Virus record (IMG/VR): IMGVR_UViG_2706794662_000007
Direction: 5' to 3' (one strand)
Length of the DNA: 64,000 nt
Source: a virus
Lineage: Duplodnaviria > Heunggongvirae > Uroviricota > Caudoviricetes
Both the position numbers and the translations under genes were made by a program. Each line of letters opens with the position of its first letter. Position 1 is the stretch's first letter. Of the stretch, positions 59,713 through 64,000 are shown in pieces. The notes beneath the pieces are model-generated. The model saw nothing but the letters and a program-made list of their open reading frames with translations. It made no database searches and was not told the DNA's origin.

Positions 59713-59923
59713 TTAACACTCCTGATTCTACTAATTGCTGTAGCAATACTTTCCCTTTATCAGTTAACTGGTAGTTGGCTGAGCACCACGTTTCCGAAAT
59801 GTTTGCAACCAACCCTAAACGCTCTAAATTAGCTCGCGTTTTAGGCTTCCAGTACTGAGGGAACTCCGGCCACTTACTTATTTCATGAAGCGTTTCTTTC
59901 TCCCGTTTACTTAATACGATCAT
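59708..59923 (-). CDS. hypothetical small protein
   Basis: 71-aa ORF overlapping neighbours by 4 nt. Confidence 0.4.
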   Translation of the reverse strand: MIVLSKREKETLHEISKWPEFPQYWKPKTRANLERLGLVANISETWCSANYQLTDKGKVLLQQLVESGVLK

Positions 59924-61242
59924 TCTTTATCTCCGATTCGATCTTCGGTATCGCGTAAGCAACGCGGCCATTTCAGTCGTGGGTGGCGTAAGCTGCCATC
60001 AGGTGTTTTCTCGTGACAATGAACCTCGACAATACGACCACGGTACTTCTCTTTGTTGTTCCAGATCTCGTCCAGATATTTATGCTTAATGCCGCTCGCA
60101 CGAACGATGACGCCGTTTTCAAGACGAATAACTATTTTTCCAAGCGTGTTGGCAAAACCAGAGTCCGGGTCGCCCGGCTCAAAATCGATAATTTCACCAT
60201 CTTCTGAATCTTCGTCTTTTAACTTCCACCAGCTGCGGGTACGTTTAAACTCGTAAACAGAGTTCGGATCTTTGCCCATCTCCCCTTCTTCGTTATCGTC
60301 CAGGCGTTTCATGAAGCGTTCGATGAAGTCTTCGTGGCTATGGATGATATAGAACGGATGCAGGTGAATGTCTTGTGTGTAGCCTTCACTGCGATCGTTT
60401 TTAAACAACGCCACCAGCATAGCCAGGCGCTCTTTCAGCTTCATACCTGTCTTTGCATACTCTTTGGATTTAGCCTGTGCTCGCCATTCCGGTAGGAAGA
60501 AGTCGAAAACATGATAAATAGCGCCAATTGCCTGCACGTTCTTTTTGCGCAATGCAGATACGGACTGGTTAAATGAACCGGCAGTTCCTTCACCATCGAA
60601 GAAGATGTGTTTGTGGCCTGAAAGTTTGCCTAATTCTAGCATTGCTGGCTTTAGGTGATCGAGAGACGTGATTGGATTACCAGTACGAGAAAGGAAGTTA
60701 ACCTCTTCCTCGTCAACAATAACCTCGCAAATTACTCGCAAACCATCGAGCTTAAGACTGCCAATCATCGGCCATTTTGCTTTAGGATTTGGCTTGAAGG
60801 GGTATTTGTCGCCTTTTTCTTTATACGGTGACGCCAGCTGCACCTCGAATTTCGGAATGGGATTTTCAAAAACCTTGTTGCATAGGCTAATCCCAACACC
60901 TGCTTTCGGGTCTTTTAAGAGGAAACGACGGAACACGTCCTGCCCATCGGCGCACATTGACGCCACGATAGACTCAACAGCTGCTATTGCTGCGTTCCCC
61001 GTTAGCTCGCGAGAGGCCAGCTTATTCAGTACATCAATGGCTTTTTCGTCACTTGGGATGGACTCACTAAGCGGCTCTGCCACTTTGTATTTCTTTACCC
61101 CAAAACGGATGAAAGGGTTGAGCATCAATGAAACCATGCTTTGCTCGAAGTCATCCATGTTGGCCAATGCCTCTTTTTTTGCATTGGTTCCCATAGCTTT
61201 CATTTCGTCCAGCTTATGCTTAAGTGCGATCAACTTTTTCAT
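59920..61242 (-). CDS. ATP-dependent DNA ligase
   Basis: nucleotidyltransferase motif I KLDGLR (K-x-D-G-x-R), motif III-like FFDGEG, 440 aa. Confidence 0.8.
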   Translation of the reverse strand: MKKLIALKHKLDEMKAMGTNAKKEALANMDDFEQSMVSLMLNPFIRFGVKKYKVAEPLSESIPSDEKAIDVLNKLASRELTGNAAIAAVESIVASMCADGQDVFRRFLLKDPKAGVGISLCNKVFENPIPKFEVQLASPYKEKGDKYPFKPNPKAKWPMIGSLKLDGLRVICEVIVDEEEVNFLSRTGNPITSLDHLKPAMLELGKLSGHKHIFFDGEGTAGSFNQSVSALRKKNVQAIGAIYHVFDFFLPEWRAQAKSKEYAKTGMKLKERLAMLVALFKNDRSEGYTQDIHLHPFYIIHSHEDFIERFMKRLDDNEEGEMGKDPNSVYEFKRTRSWWKLKDEDSEDGEIIDFEPGDPDSGFANTLGKIVIRLENGVIVRASGIKHKYLDEIWNNKEKYRGRIVEVHCHEKTPDGSLRHPRLKWPRCLRDTEDRIGDKE

Positions 61243-62539
61243 TGTTGTTTTACCTCCATATGTTGATCGATTTGCTCATGTGTTTCTTTTGTTGTTTCTT
61301 CAAGCAACGCCGCATACACGTCAGTGATCGCTGTTTGTGATGTGGTGCTCTTCTTAACCATGCTATTAATCGTTACACTGTCACGTTTTCGTTTTAAAGT
61401 TCTGGCTTGTTTATTCCGTTCTTCAACCTCCTTAATGAGCGCGGTCATATCTTCGAAATACAGAGATTCTCCTTTACGAATCTCTTCAACCATCATTTTT
61501 AACGCCTTGCATTTGCCTGCTTTGATAGCGGTTGCGCACGACTGGAATGAAGTTCGAGGAAGACGGTTTTCTTTGAAGGCAAGAATGGTGTGCTGGCAAA
61601 CGGAGTAGCTGCAATATGCCGACTCACCGTTTATNNNNNNNNNNNNNNNNNNNNNNNNNNNNNNNNNNNNNNNNNNNNNNNNNNNNNNNNNNNNNNNNNN
61701 NNNNNNNNNNNNNNNNNNNNNNNNNNNNNNNNNNNNNNNNNNNNNNNNNNNNNNNNNNNNNNNNNNNNNNNNNNNNNNNNNNNNNNNNNNNNNNNNNNNN
61801 NNNNNNNNNNNNNNNNNNNNNNNNNNNNNNNNNNNNNNNNNNNNNNNNNNNNNNNNNNNNNNNNNNNNNNNNNNNNNNNNNNNNTAGCAATCCTGACCAC
61901 CTTCCAAGCAAATTCCGCCATTACGCCATCACATGCCTTCCCAGCATCAATAACGATATGCACCAGATCCAACTGGCTTTTGCACATGTCGCAAAGAGAC
62001 GCATACTCACTCTCTCTGATTACATTTACGGCATCATTAGCCCCTTTATTAAGCAAGACTTCCAACAGATTTTTCGGGGTAACGAAATCTGCTTTCAGAG
62101 ATAATGTCTTTTCACCACTTATCGAACGCAAGTACTCTTCGTAGTTATTCTTCATCAAACCGCTGCTGCGCATTGCTAGAACTGCTTCTTGAATGGCCGC
62201 TTCAATAGTTTCGTCGTTTGAAAGACAAAAAACGGTATTTGTGTAGATCACTCTGCCATCAAGCCATGCTCCAACCTGCACTTTAAGACTGAGCGGGTTT
62301 TCTTTGCTAATAAAAACAACTAATGCAGAACGTCGTGCACAAGAAGGTTCACCCCATACGTGTAACTTAACCTTCAGATAAGGTAGCCCCGGTAGCGGGA
62401 TCTCGACCAAACGAGTGGCGATATGATCCATTGCTGTTTTTACCGCTTTTTCAATGATGTCTAGTCGATTGCTCTCGCTGATTTCTAAACCAGTTTTATC
62501 AATGATGTCGCAGGCTAATTTCTGAATTTCGTCTTTCAT
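61239..62539 (-). CDS. hypothetical replication-associated protein (interrupted by N-run 61635-61884)
   Basis: two ORF pieces either side of the gap, between primase and ligase; frame continuity cannot be verified. Confidence 0.35.
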
Positions 62540-62614
62540 ACCAACTCCTAGCTAACAGATGAAAGTATTCTCACAGAAAGATAAGTAATCATCTACTTAT
62601 TTTAAAGGTGATTG

Positions 62615-63796
62615 TTATGATAGAGCCTTAATGCCCAAAACCTTGCTTTGCAACTCCAACTGTTTGGTATACGGTTTTGCCCGATAATAGGCTTTGATAA
62701 TTTGTTCTGGCGTTGCACCGCCCGGGTCGAGTCCTTCCTCACCCAAACACGCAACTTTGACATTAAGACCGATACTGGTCAGTCGCCTGGCTGCGGCCAT
62801 CGTGTTGCGTATAGCTTGCTTTTCACTATCCCACATCATGATCACATTACGTAATCCACGCGCCTTGAGCGTCAGGAACGCGCCCAACTGATCTTCTGCA
62901 TCCTGAGTGGTGTTGCCAGATAGATGCATCCCGAACGTTCCTATTGGCTCCACGTAATCACGTAATGTTTCTTCGTCGAAAATAGCTCGTTTGACCCCCA
63001 TAACATCGAACGCACCCTCACAGACAACTACAGTCTGTTTGCCGACTGCATTATGGCCGTTGTAGAGAAATTTACCTGAAGCTGGAAGCTGCATAGGAAA
63101 GAGGTAGCGGCGTTCTGCTGTACCGGTAATGTCTCGTCCCTGAAATGTCTTCATTACCCCATCCAGATCGTAAACCGGTATCAGTATTCGCATATCGAAT
63201 ATCTGCCCTTTTACCTGATCTGTATACGGATCTACATAAGCGTGCTTGCCTTCGACGCAGTATCGTAGGTCAAAATACTTTGCCATTTCAGGTGATATGT
63301 TTCGTTCAACCAGATAATCTGGAAGACGGCCATCTATAGGAAGCTCGTAATGACGAGGGAGTGCAACTGGCCCCTCTAACTCGACTGTGCTTGCAAGCAC
63401 TAGCTCTTCTTTCTTTGGTGCCCACCCCTGGGAAAGAAGAGCGTTCTGCACATATTCCTCGAACTGTCGTCGTGATTTACCGCTGTAGTGCTTGAGGAAG
63501 ACCAGCTTATTGAACTGAATCTCTTCGGGATGATCACCAGCGAAGCATTTGCCGACGCCACTGGTCAGATTGAAATATACCTTCCAGTTGGAGCTGCCGC
63601 ATACCGGACACTCCTTGATATTCACTTCACGACCGCGAGTACTCACGCCTCCACGTCGATAAACGATACCTTCAGTATCCAACCATTGTTCAAAATCTAA
63701 TTCGGCAATTAGCTCTTTCAGCTCGCTCACGATAATTCCACTTTTAACAGGCAATATTGTGACCAATCTAAATGTTGATATAACATAAAGGCTCAT
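62615..63796 (-). CDS. DnaG-type DNA primase (zinc-binding plus TOPRIM)
   Basis: zinc ribbon CPVCGSSNWKVYFNLTSGVGKCF, TOPRIM VVVCEGAFD and DxD-like MMWDSE; ATG at 63796 with conserved start region. Confidence 0.75.
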   Translation of the reverse strand: MSLYVISTFRLVTILPVKSGIIVSELKELIAELDFEQWLDTEGIVYRRGGVSTRGREVNIKECPVCGSSNWKVYFNLTSGVGKCFAGDHPEEIQFNKLVFLKHYSGKSRRQFEEYVQNALLSQGWAPKKEELVLASTVELEGPVALPRHYELPIDGRLPDYLVERNISPEMAKYFDLRYCVEGKHAYVDPYTDQVKGQIFDMRILIPVYDLDGVMKTFQGRDITGTAERRYLFPMQLPASGKFLYNGHNAVGKQTVVVCEGAFDVMGVKRAIFDEETLRDYVEPIGTFGMHLSGNTTQDAEDQLGAFLTLKARGLRNVIMMWDSEKQAIRNTMAAARRLTSIGLNVKVACLGEEGLDPGGATPEQIIKAYYRAKPYTKQLELQSKVLGIKALS

Positions 63797-64000
63797 GTGT
63801 TTTTCTTTTGTGGTTTGGCAAAAGAAAAGTTGTTTCACCAATGAATCAAGCGTGGAGGTGTTCTCCACGCTTATTTTTTAGGTAACGTCTAAGATTCGCT
63901 CAATGAAGCGCATTTGTTCGAGGTTTTGTTTAACGCGAATGCTGATCCCTCCCTGCTGGTTACGTGAACCAGCAAAGTAGAGACGAGCCTCTCCTTTCGC

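Overview
The window is a three-part mosaic. (1) 1-2.9 kb: phage-like DNA with a few small minus-strand ORFs and a ~1.3 kb ORF-poor, strand-skewed region carrying short direct repeats. (2) 2.96-6.16 kb: an enterobacterial chromosomal block, metG and apbC/mrp, divergently arranged as on the chromosome. (3) 6.2-64 kb: a dense, almost entirely minus-strand phage / phage-plasmid gene array. That array contains lambdoid-type small accessory genes (Ea22-like, DUF551-like, a ClpX zinc-binding-domain-only protein), two DNA methyltransferase candidates, a nucleotide-metabolism module (nrdA, nrdB, insert-bearing thymidylate synthase, DHFR, a P-loop kinase, a MazG-like protein, RNase H), a recombination/repair module (RuvC-like, SbcCD-like, RecA-like, flap endonuclease, gp32-like SSB, a UmuD'-like protein), a P1-type plasmid replicon (DnaA boxes, GATC repeats, iterons, repA, more iterons), a DnaE-type polymerase with a separate epsilon-like exonuclease, a CobS/CobT-like AAA+/vWA pair, an XRE regulator next to a tyrosine recombinase and a NanS-p-like esterase, four phage-type tRNA genes (Ser, Thr, Tyr, Asn) bracketed by inverted repeats, an ATP-dependent ligase and a DnaG-type primase. 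The gene content resembles what I recall of SSU5/pHCM2-like phage-plasmids, but no search was run. Two palindromic motif families recur in intergenic regions. Seven N-runs (4263-4591, 6780-7032, 9353-9602, 13174-13428, 32187-32449, 42918-43175, 61635-61884) interrupt genes; the metG run is shorter than the residues it hides, so reading frames across N-runs are unreliable. ORF-track starts include TTG/GTG codons, so several starts were re-set to an in-frame ATG with a Shine-Dalgarno. All calls are from reading the sequence and recalled family signatures.
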